This document shows, piece by piece, positions 27,646-38,065 of a stretch of 64,000 bases of DNA (the stretch's first letter is position 1; the number at the start of each line of letters is the position of its first letter). Source of the stretch: Ignavibacteriota bacterium (GTDB lineage: Bacteria; Bacteroidota; Ignavibacteria; UBA10030; UBA6906); NCBI GenBank assembly GCA_963801355.1, contig CAWDEM010000004.1, positions 224,001 through 288,000 on the forward strand, read 5' to 3'. A program made the translations under genes and the position numbers. The notes below the pieces were generated by a model. That model had not been told where the DNA came from and did not search any database. It was given only the letters and a program-made list of their open reading frames with translations.

Positions 27646-28662
27646 TCAGTAGCTTTCCCCCGTGATAATTACTTTCCCTTTGAACACCCTATAGATCACC
27701 ACGGTATAAAGGATCACCAGCGGCATGCCTATCAGTGCAATGACGAACATCGTGGAAAGCGTCGTCTGGCTGGAGGATGCATTGGTGACTGTCAGGCTGT
27801 ACCGGAGGTCCGTCAGAGACGGCACAAGCCGGGGGAAGAGGCTGAGTGCACTCACGCCGATCATGCAGGCAATCATCAGGGATGAAGCGATGAGCGCCCG
27901 GCCGTACCGTGTTGACTTTGCCGCCACCGGTATGTACATGGCGGCGGCGAGCAGGAGGAGAATGAGTACCCAGAAAAACGGGTTTTTCAGGACACCTTCA
28001 AAGAGAAACGGAGAAACGAACATTGTGGCAATCGTTGCCACGACATAGAGCCCCATGGTGACCATCCAGCTTGCGGGAATCCATGCCGCCACACGGGCAC
28101 GCAGTTCCCCTTCCGTCTTCATCGAAAGATAGAGCGCCCCGTGCATCGTGAAGAGGCACAGACTCAGGAGCCCGACAAGGATTGCGTAGGGGTTGAGCAG
28201 TCCCGGAAACGATCCGGTCCACATCTGTTGCGCGTCGATAGGCACACCGCGCAATATGTTGCCAAAGGCCACGCCAATCAAGATGGCTGGCAGCAGGCTG
28301 CCGATGCCGAATGCAAGATCCCAGAAACCCCGCCAGCGCGGTGACTCCACCTTGCTCCTGAATTCGATCGATACAGCACGGAAGATCAGTGCCGCCAGCA
28401 GCAGCATCAGTGCGATGTAGAATCCGCTGAATACCGTGGCATACACAACGGGGAATGCGGCAAACAGCGCGCCCCCGCCCGTGAGGAGCCAGACTTCATT
28501 GCCGTCCCACACGGGTCCGATAGCATTAAGATGCACGCGCCGCTCATGGTCGGTCCGGGCAAAGAGATGCAGAACGCCCACACCGAGATCAAAGCCGTCG
28601 AGGATCGCGTATCCGATGAAGAGTACGCTGATCAGCGCAAACCAGATCGTCTGCAGATCCAT
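27646..28662 (-). CDS. cydB: Cytochrome bd ubiquinol oxidase subunit II
   Basis: LDGFDLGVG, IGPVWDGNEVWL, RAVSIEFR, NASSSQTTL. Confidence 0.96.
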   Translation of the reverse strand: MDLQTIWFALISVLFIGYAILDGFDLGVGVLHLFARTDHERRVHLNAIGPVWDGNEVWLLTGGGALFAAFPVVYATVFSGFYIALMLLLAALIFRAVSIEFRSKVESPRWRGFWDLAFGIGSLLPAILIGVAFGNILRGVPIDAQQMWTGSFPGLLNPYAILVGLLSLCLFTMHGALYLSMKTEGELRARVAAWIPASWMVTMGLYVVATIATMFVSPFLFEGVLKNPFFWVLILLLLAAAMYIPVAAKSTRYGRALIASSLMIACMIGVSALSLFPRLVPSLTDLRYSLTVTNASSSQTTLSTMFVIALIGMPLVILYTVVIYRVFKGKVIITGESY

Positions 28663-29996
28663 TATGCGATCACCTCCTTTGCATCCACGGGCGCGGGCCC
28701 CTGTTTCACTTTGTGGGACAAGAGATAGATGTAGAGAATGCCGAGGCCGATATAGATGAGGCCGAAGAGGATCATGGAGAAGAGAATTTCCCCGCTGCCG
28801 ACGGTAATGGACGCGGCGTCACTTGTACGCAGGAGCCTGTAGACAATCCAGGGTTGACGGCCGACCTCCGTCGCTATCCAGCCAAGCTGACATGCCGCAA
28901 GGGGGAGCGGAATTGACCACATCAACACGCGCAGGAATTTCGGACTGTCCCAGAGGGTCTTGCGATACAGCTTGAAGACGGCGAAGGCCATCACGGCGAT
29001 GAAGAACATACCGAGGACAACCATATTGTGGAACGAAACGAATGTCAGCCAGAGGGGCGGTATCTCATCCGCGGGAAATTCGTTGATGCCCTGAATGTGT
29101 GCGGCCGGGTCGCCGAATGCCATCCAGCTCAACAGGCCGGGAATCTCGATGGTGGCGTGAAGAGTCGGCGGTTTGGTGGTCGGCACGGCAAAGAATACCA
29201 ATGGTGCACCACTCTGGGTTGAATAGAGCCCTTCGATGGCCGCGAACTTCTCCGGCTGTGTACGGGCAACCTGGCGCGCATGCTCATGTCCCAGCGGCAT
29301 CAACTCCAGCAATGACACAACGAGGCCGAAGAGCACCGCCACACGCATGGCACGTTGGGCGAATTCCGTCTCGCGTTTCTTCAACAGATAGTACGCCGCA
29401 ATGCCTGCCATGAAGAATGCACCCGCGATCAGCGCCGCATCGACGGTGTGGAGATACCGGATGACCGTTGACGGGTTGAAAACCGCTTCAGAGAAGCTGG
29501 TCAGCTCGGCACGGCCGTTGCGGACGACGAAACCCGCGGGTGTTTGCTGCCAGGAGTTGGCCACGATAATCCAGAACGCCGAGATTGTCGCGCCTACAGC
29601 GACCATCAGGATGGAAAACCAGTGAACGCCCCTGGAAACCCGGTGCCTGCCGAAAAGGTACAACCCGAGAAATCCGGATTCCAGGAAGAAGGCAAAAACG
29701 CCTTCGGCTGCGAGCGGGGCACCGAAGATGTCGCCGACGAACGTGGAGTAACGGGCCCAATTGGTGCCGAATTGGAACTCCATTACGATACCGGTGGCGA
29801 CACCGACGGCGAACGTCAGACCCAGAAGTTTTGCAAAGAAGGCGCCGATACGGGCGTACACTTCATCCTTCTTCCGCCAGCCCAGATATTCAACGACCAC
29901 CAGTAACCACGCGAGTCCGATCGTGATAGGGGGAAAGAGGAAGTGAAACCCGATCGTCATGGCAAATTGGAGCCGGGCGAGCAGGACAGCATCCAT
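28662..29996 (-). CDS. cydA: Cytochrome bd ubiquinol oxidase subunit I (short Q-loop)
   Basis: LARLQFA, GFHFLF, EFQFGTNW, QPEKFAAIEG, EVGRQPW; start trimmed to 29996 (GGAG RBS). Confidence 0.96.
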   Translation of the reverse strand: MDAVLLARLQFAMTIGFHFLFPPITIGLAWLLVVVEYLGWRKKDEVYARIGAFFAKLLGLTFAVGVATGIVMEFQFGTNWARYSTFVGDIFGAPLAAEGVFAFFLESGFLGLYLFGRHRVSRGVHWFSILMVAVGATISAFWIIVANSWQQTPAGFVVRNGRAELTSFSEAVFNPSTVIRYLHTVDAALIAGAFFMAGIAAYYLLKKRETEFAQRAMRVAVLFGLVVSLLELMPLGHEHARQVARTQPEKFAAIEGLYSTQSGAPLVFFAVPTTKPPTLHATIEIPGLLSWMAFGDPAAHIQGINEFPADEIPPLWLTFVSFHNMVVLGMFFIAVMAFAVFKLYRKTLWDSPKFLRVLMWSIPLPLAACQLGWIATEVGRQPWIVYRLLRTSDAASITVGSGEILFSMILFGLIYIGLGILYIYLLSHKVKQGPAPVDAKEVIA

Positions 29997-30047
29997 GGGA
30001 AATCTCCAGTGCAGGGGTACATGGTTGGTGCGGCACAGTTCGAATTC

Positions 30048-30063
30048 CCAGATATCGTGCCAA
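30048..30063 (-). promoter_or_regulatory. Possible sigma54 (-24/-12) promoter of cydAB with a variant -12
   Basis: Minus strand TTGGCACGATATCTGG: perfect -24 element, GG-N10-GG instead of GG-N10-GC. Confidence 0.4.
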
Positions 30064-30219
30064 ATACCGACCGGACTCTTGCGGGCCAAAGTGCCCGTAT
30101 TTCAAGGACTTTGTCGTGTCGCGGTAGCGGCCCTGCAGTGTCGTTCTCATAACTGGGAAAAATGCCGGTGGTCCGGTTGCAGGAATGCGAATCCGGCACT
30201 TACACGAGAGCCCAAGGTA

Positions 30220-30249
30220 TTGACAATGCCTCTCAATCCTCCGTACTAT
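30220..30249 (+). promoter_or_regulatory. sigma70 promoter of murA, very short leader
   Basis: TTGACA, 18 nt, TACTAT, then 10 nt to ATG 30260; no SD. Confidence 0.7.
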
Positions 30250-30259
30250 TGATGCACCT

Positions 30260-31522
30260 ATGGATAAATTCGTGATCAACGGCGGCCGCACCTTGAACGG
30301 TTCCGTCGCCATCGGCGGCGCGAAGAACGCCACGCTCGCTCTGATGCCCGCAGCAATCCTCGCGGCGGGGACCTCCCGACTCTTCAATACACCCTCACTC
30401 CGCGACGTCAACACGATGGCTGTTCTCCTGCGCACCATGGGCATCACTGTGGAGCTGAAGGAACATACGCTGACGCTCGATACGCGCAGCATCGACAAAT
30501 TTGAAGCGCCGTACGAACATGTGAAAAAGATGCGCGCCTCGATCTATGTGCTGGGTCCCCTGCTGGCACGTTTCGGACGGGCCAAGGTATCGCTTCCCGG
30601 CGGGTGTGCATGGGGTCCGCGGCCGGTCAACCTGCACATCGAGGCAATGCGAAAACTCGGCAGCGAGATAGATCTGCGCGAAGGCTACATCCACGCAACG
30701 GCGTCACGTCTTCAGGGTGCCCGCATCCATTTCGATGTCTCAAGCGTCGGTGCAACCGGGAATGCTCTCATGGCTGCCGTGCTTGCCCGCGGCACGACGC
30801 TGATCGAGAATGCCGCCATTGAACCGGAAATCACCCAGCTCGCTGAATATCTCGTCGCCATGGGTGCACGGATCCAGGGCATCGGGACCAACCGTCTCGA
30901 GGTTGAAGGCGTCGATGACCTGCATGCAGCGGACATTACCACCATTCCTGACCGCATTGAAGCGGGGACTTTCCTTGTGGCAGGCGCGCTCTGCGGGGGC
31001 CGGACAACACTCACGCATGTGATTCCCGATCACCTTGCGGCTGTCACCGCCAAGCTGGAGAACGCCGGCGCCGTCATTACCACCGCCGGCGACAGCATTA
31101 CACTGACGGTGCAGCACACAATCTCGTCCGTCGACGTGACCGCAAGTATCTATCCGGGGTTTCCGACGGATATGCAGGCCCAATGGACGGCACTCATGGC
31201 GGTCGCCGACGGCACGTCCGTGGTCACCGACACCATTTACTTCGACCGTTTCAAGCACATTCCCGAATTGTTGCGTCTCGGTGCCGACATCGAAGTGAAA
31301 GACAATGCCGCCGTCGTCCGCGGCGTCCGCTCGCTCACGGGGGCAAAAGTCATGTCCACCGACCTCCGTGCTTCCGCTTCCTTGATCCTCGCGGGGCTCA
31401 TCGCGCAGGGTACCACAGAGGTGCTCCGTGTCTACCATCTCGACCGCGGTTACGAAGCCATAGAGAAGAAACTCCGGGCTCTCGGCGCGGATATCGAACG
31501 CGTCGCTGGCGAGGAGTTCTGA
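30260..31522 (+). CDS. murA: UDP-N-acetylglucosamine 1-carboxyvinyltransferase
   Basis: GAKNA, MRASIYVLGP, LPGGCAWGPRP (Cys retained), PDRIEAGT, YPGFPTDMQ, DLRAS, LDRGYE. Confidence 0.98.
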   Translation: MDKFVINGGRTLNGSVAIGGAKNATLALMPAAILAAGTSRLFNTPSLRDVNTMAVLLRTMGITVELKEHTLTLDTRSIDKFEAPYEHVKKMRASIYVLGPLLARFGRAKVSLPGGCAWGPRPVNLHIEAMRKLGSEIDLREGYIHATASRLQGARIHFDVSSVGATGNALMAAVLARGTTLIENAAIEPEITQLAEYLVAMGARIQGIGTNRLEVEGVDDLHAADITTIPDRIEAGTFLVAGALCGGRTTLTHVIPDHLAAVTAKLENAGAVITTAGDSITLTVQHTISSVDVTASIYPGFPTDMQAQWTALMAVADGTSVVTDTIYFDRFKHIPELLRLGADIEVKDNAAVVRGVRSLTGAKVMSTDLRASASLILAGLIAQGTTEVLRVYHLDRGYEAIEKKLRALGADIERVAGEEF

Positions 31523-31527
31523 TTGTC

Positions 31528-33822
31528 GTGGCTCTTCCCCGTGCGTATCTCCGCTCCCGCGCAGTCTGGATCGCGGGTACCTGCTACCTTCTCGTGGCGA
31601 TTGCCTGTACGAGGATTCCGCTCTTCAACTACCTCGGGTTCGAGAGCTCGTTTGTGACAGCGCTGGCCGGCTCGCTCATTGCCGGAATGCTGACCATCCA
31701 ACTCCTCCGCCCCGTGTATCTGCAGTCCGATGCCGTCTCCCGTCCGTTCTCTGCACTGCAATCGTTCGGTGAGATTGTCTGCCTCCAGCTGGCACTCCTC
31801 CTGCTTCCCCTCGCGGTATTGAGCGGCAACGCGCTCGTCGTTCCCAACTGTGACGTTGCCGAAGGGCTCGCTCTCTTTCTCCTGTTGCCTGTGGTGTCGG
31901 TGATATTTGCCGGCGCCCTTGGACTGATGTGCACGGTGCATTACACGCACCCGCGTCTGGTATTTGCCGGCTTTGCAGGTGCCAGTATAGTCTATGTGCT
32001 GCTGCTGGGGTACTATTCGCCGGCAATCTTTTCGTACAATTTCTTCTACGGGTACTTTCCGGGGCTCACGTATGACGAACTGCTGCCGGTCGGCTGGCCG
32101 CTGGTTCTCTTCCGGATATACACGCTTGGCGTGGCGTTGTTCCTGGTGTGGACCGCCCATACTGTTGTGCAGCAGACCGCCCCTGACTCACGCACGATGG
32201 TGAAAGGCATCGCCGCGCTCCGCACGTTCGGCACGCGCTACCTGGGTATCAGCATGGTGCTGATTCTGGGCATGGCCGTTCTGTTTCTCTTCCGGTGTCA
32301 ACTCGGATGGGAATCCACCAGGACGTACATTCGCACGACGCTTGGCGGCGCCGTCGAGACCGGCAACTTCACGATCTACTTTGATTCTGCGGCGACAACG
32401 TCGGATGATGTCCGTTTCCTCGCACGGGAGCACGAGTTCAGGTTGCAGCAGGTGCTCGAGGCGTTCGCACTGCCCCGGACAGAGCACATCACCGCGTATA
32501 TCTATCCTTCTGCCGATACGAAACGGCGTCTCATTGGTGCCGGGGAAACCGAAGTGGCCAAACCGTGGAGTCGTGAAGTGCACCTGACACGCAGCAGTGT
32601 CGAGGATGCGTTGAAACATGAACTGGTGCACGTTGTTGCCGCTCCGTTCGGCGTTCCGGTCATGAAGGCGAGCTTCAGCCCGGGACTCACCGAAGGCCTC
32701 GCTGTTGCGGTGGAAGGATCGTGGGCGTACCGGACACTTGCGCAGCACGCTGCGGCACTCCGGTCGGCAGGTATTGCACCGTCCATCCACGCGTTGATGA
32801 CGCCCACCGGTTTCATGGCGGCGGCCTCCTCAATGAGCTATGTATTGGCAGGGGCATTCTGTCGCCACCTTGTGGATCACTACGGCATGCGGCCGCTCTT
32901 GCAGGTGTACCGTTCGGGCGACTACGTCGCAGCATATCAGAAACCCCTCGATTCCCTGATTGTGGAATGGCACCATGCACTGGATAGCGTGAAGGTCAGC
33001 GAGCGCGATCGTGCCTCAGTCGACGTCATCTTCCGTCGCCCGCCGATTTTTGGGAAGGTCTGTGCCCGCGTTCATGCCCGCCGCCTGCGCGATGCGCAGC
33101 GTTTGCTCCGTCAGCGCCGGTATGATGAAGCGCACGCGCGGTACGCGATGCTGTATGCCGAGGGCGGAAGCTACGAAGCCCTCTCCGGGCTTCTCTTGTC
33201 GTATTTCCGCAAGGGGGACTACAGTGCACTGACCCGCCTGTACGATTCCGTGACCACGCATGATCCGGTGCCGCGGCGGTATCTTGTTCTGGGCATCCTC
33301 GCCGGTGATGCAGCCTGGGCTTCCGGGGATATCGCACGGGCGGAATCATTGTATGCACAGGTGCGCGCCGGTGACATCAGTCCGGGCCTTACCGAGTCAG
33401 CCTTCGTGCGGCGATGGGCGCTCTCAGACAGTCTCACCGCCTCCAGGTTCCTTCCGTATATTGTCGGCGAGATGTCCGATACCGCCCGGATTGGCTGGCT
33501 TGGAATGATGGCGGGAACGCTGCCGGATCCGCTCAGGAACCACGTGCGGGGCCGCCTGTTGCTCCGTATGGGATGGTACAACGAAGCGGCATATGCGCTG
33601 TTGCAGGCGGGAACCATTGCGGGTGATTCCGCCGTCGAGGCGTTGCGTCAAAGATCCATCGGCGATGCACTGCTGCGTGCAGGCAGGACTGAGGAGGCAC
33701 GGGGATGGTATTGGACGTCGATGAATTACGATGCCCGCCCGTACGTACAGGAAATCGTGGATGACCGTCTGGAATATTGCGATTGGCTTGGGGCACACAC
33801 ACCAACGTCGAGAAGCCGATGA
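31528..33822 (+). CDS. Polytopic membrane protein fused to a gluzincin-like Zn-peptidase and TPR-like helices
   Basis: About 7 N-terminal hydrophobic helices, KHELVH...GLTEGLAVA, helical C-terminus; GTG start 5 nt after the murA stop. Confidence 0.7.
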   Translation: MALPRAYLRSRAVWIAGTCYLLVAIACTRIPLFNYLGFESSFVTALAGSLIAGMLTIQLLRPVYLQSDAVSRPFSALQSFGEIVCLQLALLLLPLAVLSGNALVVPNCDVAEGLALFLLLPVVSVIFAGALGLMCTVHYTHPRLVFAGFAGASIVYVLLLGYYSPAIFSYNFFYGYFPGLTYDELLPVGWPLVLFRIYTLGVALFLVWTAHTVVQQTAPDSRTMVKGIAALRTFGTRYLGISMVLILGMAVLFLFRCQLGWESTRTYIRTTLGGAVETGNFTIYFDSAATTSDDVRFLAREHEFRLQQVLEAFALPRTEHITAYIYPSADTKRRLIGAGETEVAKPWSREVHLTRSSVEDALKHELVHVVAAPFGVPVMKASFSPGLTEGLAVAVEGSWAYRTLAQHAAALRSAGIAPSIHALMTPTGFMAAASSMSYVLAGAFCRHLVDHYGMRPLLQVYRSGDYVAAYQKPLDSLIVEWHHALDSVKVSERDRASVDVIFRRPPIFGKVCARVHARRLRDAQRLLRQRRYDEAHARYAMLYAEGGSYEALSGLLLSYFRKGDYSALTRLYDSVTTHDPVPRRYLVLGILAGDAAWASGDIARAESLYAQVRAGDISPGLTESAFVRRWALSDSLTASRFLPYIVGEMSDTARIGWLGMMAGTLPDPLRNHVRGRLLLRMGWYNEAAYALLQAGTIAGDSAVEALRQRSIGDALLRAGRTEEARGWYWTSMNYDARPYVQEIVDDRLEYCDWLGAHTPTSRSR

Positions 33823-33869
33823 CCTCGCCTGCTGCCTACGAGAGCATGTTGATCAGCCGGTCTTGTTGT

Positions 33870-35222
<1,353 letters not shown>

Positions 35223-35227
35223 CACTC

Positions 35228-36631
35228 ATGTCTCAGATGATCAAGTTCGGTACCGACGGTTGGCGGGCGGTCATCGCCGACGACTACACGTTTGCGAATC
35301 TGGAAAAAGTCGCGCTGGCGACGGCGCGATATTTCCGGCGACACAAGAAGATCAAGAACGGCATCGTGATCGGGTACGACGCGCGGTTTATGTCGCGGGA
35401 GTTTGCCGAGAAGTCCGCGGAAGTGATTGCGAATGCCGGCATCACGGTGAAACTTGCCGACAGCATTGTGACCACGCCGATGATCTCGCTGGTGACCAAG
35501 CTTGAGAAGGCGGCGGGAGGGGTGGTGATCACGGCGAGCCACAATCCGGCAAAGTGGAATGGTTTCAAGATCAAAGGTGACTTCGGCGGCCCGGCGCATC
35601 CTGAGATGATTGCTGCGCTGGAAAAGGAGCTGGCGCGGGTGATGAAGCGCAAGCGCATTCCCCCCGGAAAGTACACGTTTGCCCAACTTGTGGCAAAAAG
35701 GAAAATCGTGCCGATCAGCATGCGGCAGCGGTATTTCGATGATCTGGTGACGAAGATCGATATTGGCAAGATCCAGGCGGCGGGCACGCGCATCCTGTAC
35801 GATGTCATGTACGGTGCCGCACAGTCCTCATTGCATAGCCTGCTGCCCGGTGTCACGCTGATGCATGAGACGTTCAACCCGTCCTTCGCCGGCGTGAATC
35901 CGGAGCCCCTTGCCCAGAACCTCGAGGAACTCATCCGGGGGATGAAAAGCGGGCGGTTCGACATCGGCATCGCCACGGATGGTGATGCCGACAGAATCGG
36001 GGCGGTGGACGAACAGGGAAATTTCGTGGATTCGCACCGGGTCTTTTCGTTGCTGCTGAAATATTTCGTCGAGCAAAAGGGCATGACGGGTGAGGTGGTG
36101 AAGTCACTCTCGGTCACCCAGATGGTGAACCAGCAGTGCGCGAAGTACAACCTTGTCCTGCGTGAAACCGCCGTCGGCTTCAAGCACATATGCCGTCTCA
36201 TGACAGAACGCGACGTGCTCATCGGCGGGGAAGAGAGTGGCGGGCTCGGGGTCAAAGGGCACCTTCCTGAACGCGATGGTATCTTCGTCGGGCTTCTGCT
36301 GGCGGAAGTCATGGCGGTGCGGGGGAGACCGCTGAGCGCGCTGGTGCAGGAGCTGATGGATGAATTCGGGCAGCACGAGTTCCAGCGCATCGACCTGCAC
36401 GTGACGGAGCGGGAAAAGACGGCGATCATGAAAAAGTACCGGAGCGGTGTGAAGGACATCGGCGGGTGGGCGGTCACGGGCCGCAATGACACCGATGGTG
36501 TCAAACTCTTTGTGGACAACGGCTGGGTGCTGGTGCGTGCGTCGGGAACCGAACCGTTGATCCGCTTCTATGCCGAAGCAGATAGCCGCGACAAAGTCAA
36601 TGCGCTCCTGGCTGCGGCCACGGGGCGTTAA
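35228..36631 (+). CDS. Phosphoglucomutase/phosphomannomutase family protein
   Basis: FGTDGWR, TASHNP, DGDADR, GEESGG, RASGTEP. Confidence 0.95.
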   Translation: MSQMIKFGTDGWRAVIADDYTFANLEKVALATARYFRRHKKIKNGIVIGYDARFMSREFAEKSAEVIANAGITVKLADSIVTTPMISLVTKLEKAAGGVVITASHNPAKWNGFKIKGDFGGPAHPEMIAALEKELARVMKRKRIPPGKYTFAQLVAKRKIVPISMRQRYFDDLVTKIDIGKIQAAGTRILYDVMYGAAQSSLHSLLPGVTLMHETFNPSFAGVNPEPLAQNLEELIRGMKSGRFDIGIATDGDADRIGAVDEQGNFVDSHRVFSLLLKYFVEQKGMTGEVVKSLSVTQMVNQQCAKYNLVLRETAVGFKHICRLMTERDVLIGGEESGGLGVKGHLPERDGIFVGLLLAEVMAVRGRPLSALVQELMDEFGQHEFQRIDLHVTEREKTAIMKKYRSGVKDIGGWAVTGRNDTDGVKLFVDNGWVLVRASGTEPLIRFYAEADSRDKVNALLAAATGR

Positions 36632-36655
36632 GGGCAGAGGACTCTGCTCGTTTCC
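36632..36655 (+). terminator. Short hairpin after pgm, possible weak terminator
   Basis: GGGCAGA-GGAC-TCTGCTC followed by GTTTC. Confidence 0.35.
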
Positions 36656-36679
36656 TGCCAGTGTGTGAGGGCTCGCGCT

Positions 36680-37999
36680 ATGGGGTCAACAACGATGTAC
36701 TATACCGTCATGCCGGATGGGACGGTAAAGCAATTGAATCCGTTCACCGGCACGGAAGTGTGGGCGGTCGCAGGGCGCCGGAGCCGGCCGATTACCACGG
36801 ACGCCCAACCCCTCGCAAAGCCGCTGGAGATTCACAGCCCCGAAGACTACTGCAGTTTCTGTCCACCCCGCTATTTCGAAACAGCGCCGGAAAAGTCCCG
36901 TCTCGTCCTTCAAAACGGCGTCTGGCAGCGGATCGACCTGCTGCCGCCCGACCGGTATCTCGACACCACGGCCGAATTCCGCCGTACGGGCAACATGTTC
37001 GAGATCGTCACGCTGGATTACTGGCGCAAGAACTACGCCTACAAGATTCCTGCGGCGCGGCTCAAGTGGCGGGAAGACTATCTGGCGAACCCGACGGGGC
37101 TGAACCATGTCACGGATATCGTGCATTACAAGCTGCATCGCGAGGGGAAGACCGACGAGCAGATCGAACGTATGCCGCTGGCGGAGAAACTCGCGATCGC
37201 CGATGCATTCTTCGGCGGCTGTCATGAAATGATCATCGCCAAACACCACTATAAGCACGGCGCGACGCTCACCACGGACCTGTATTCTTCGGGAGAAATG
37301 ACGGAGGAGGAGCACTACTGGTATTTTAAGATGACCATCGATGCGCTGCGCGATATCACCATCAACAACCGGTACGTGCGGTATATCAGTGTCTATCAGA
37401 ACTGGCTCAGGTCTTCCGGCGCCTCCTTTGATCATCTGCATAAGCAGCTGGTGTCGCTGGACGAGTGGGGCGCGTCGATTCAGAACCAGATCAAGATGCT
37501 GCGTGAAGATGCCAACGTGTTCAACGACTACGGCGTCAACTTCGCCGCCCATCACAACCTCGTGTTCGCAGAGAATGATTTTGCCATTGCGTACGCGGGT
37601 ATCGGCCACCGCTATCCGACCATTGAGATTTACTCGCGGTCACAGGCGGGGCGGCCTTCGGAGCATACCGATGAAGAAGTCCGCGGCATGAGCAATCTCG
37701 TGCACGCCGTCCACGCGGCGATGGGCAGCCAGATCTCCTGCAATGAAGAGTGGTACTACACTCCCATCGATGCGATCTACAAAATGCCGTGGCATGTCCT
37801 GATTAAATGGCGGGTGACGGTCACCGCAGGGTTTGAAGGCGGCACGAGCATTTTCATCAACCCGATGACCCCGATCGAAGTGCGGGATCGCATGGTGCCG
37901 CGTTTGTACAAACTGCGGGATGAGGGGACAATCGGCTGGATCCGGATTGCAGAGGAATGCCGCGTTGATCCCAATCCGCTGAAATACTACTTGAAGTGA
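36680..37999 (+). CDS. DUF4921-like GalT/HIT-superfamily nucleotidyltransferase
   Basis: PDGTVKQLNPFTGTEVW, CSFC, YQNW...GASFDHLHKQL, TAGFEGGT; start 36680 or 36695. Confidence 0.75.
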   Translation: MGSTTMYYTVMPDGTVKQLNPFTGTEVWAVAGRRSRPITTDAQPLAKPLEIHSPEDYCSFCPPRYFETAPEKSRLVLQNGVWQRIDLLPPDRYLDTTAEFRRTGNMFEIVTLDYWRKNYAYKIPAARLKWREDYLANPTGLNHVTDIVHYKLHREGKTDEQIERMPLAEKLAIADAFFGGCHEMIIAKHHYKHGATLTTDLYSSGEMTEEEHYWYFKMTIDALRDITINNRYVRYISVYQNWLRSSGASFDHLHKQLVSLDEWGASIQNQIKMLREDANVFNDYGVNFAAHHNLVFAENDFAIAYAGIGHRYPTIEIYSRSQAGRPSEHTDEEVRGMSNLVHAVHAAMGSQISCNEEWYYTPIDAIYKMPWHVLIKWRVTVTAGFEGGTSIFINPMTPIEVRDRMVPRLYKLRDEGTIGWIRIAEECRVDPNPLKYYLK

Positions 38000-38065
38000 C
38001 AGTGCTGATTTGCGGGGGGCCCGCCGCCCCATACTGTCTCCTCCCGCCAGGCGAGAACCACCGAC

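Noticed and set aside
35284-36519. 411-aa minus-strand ORF, and similar long antisense ORFs at 1585-2595, 50175-51230, 57216-58415, 59519-60610 and 62793-63971
   Set aside because: They are shadows of well-supported sense genes in high-GC DNA, with no motifs or RBS.
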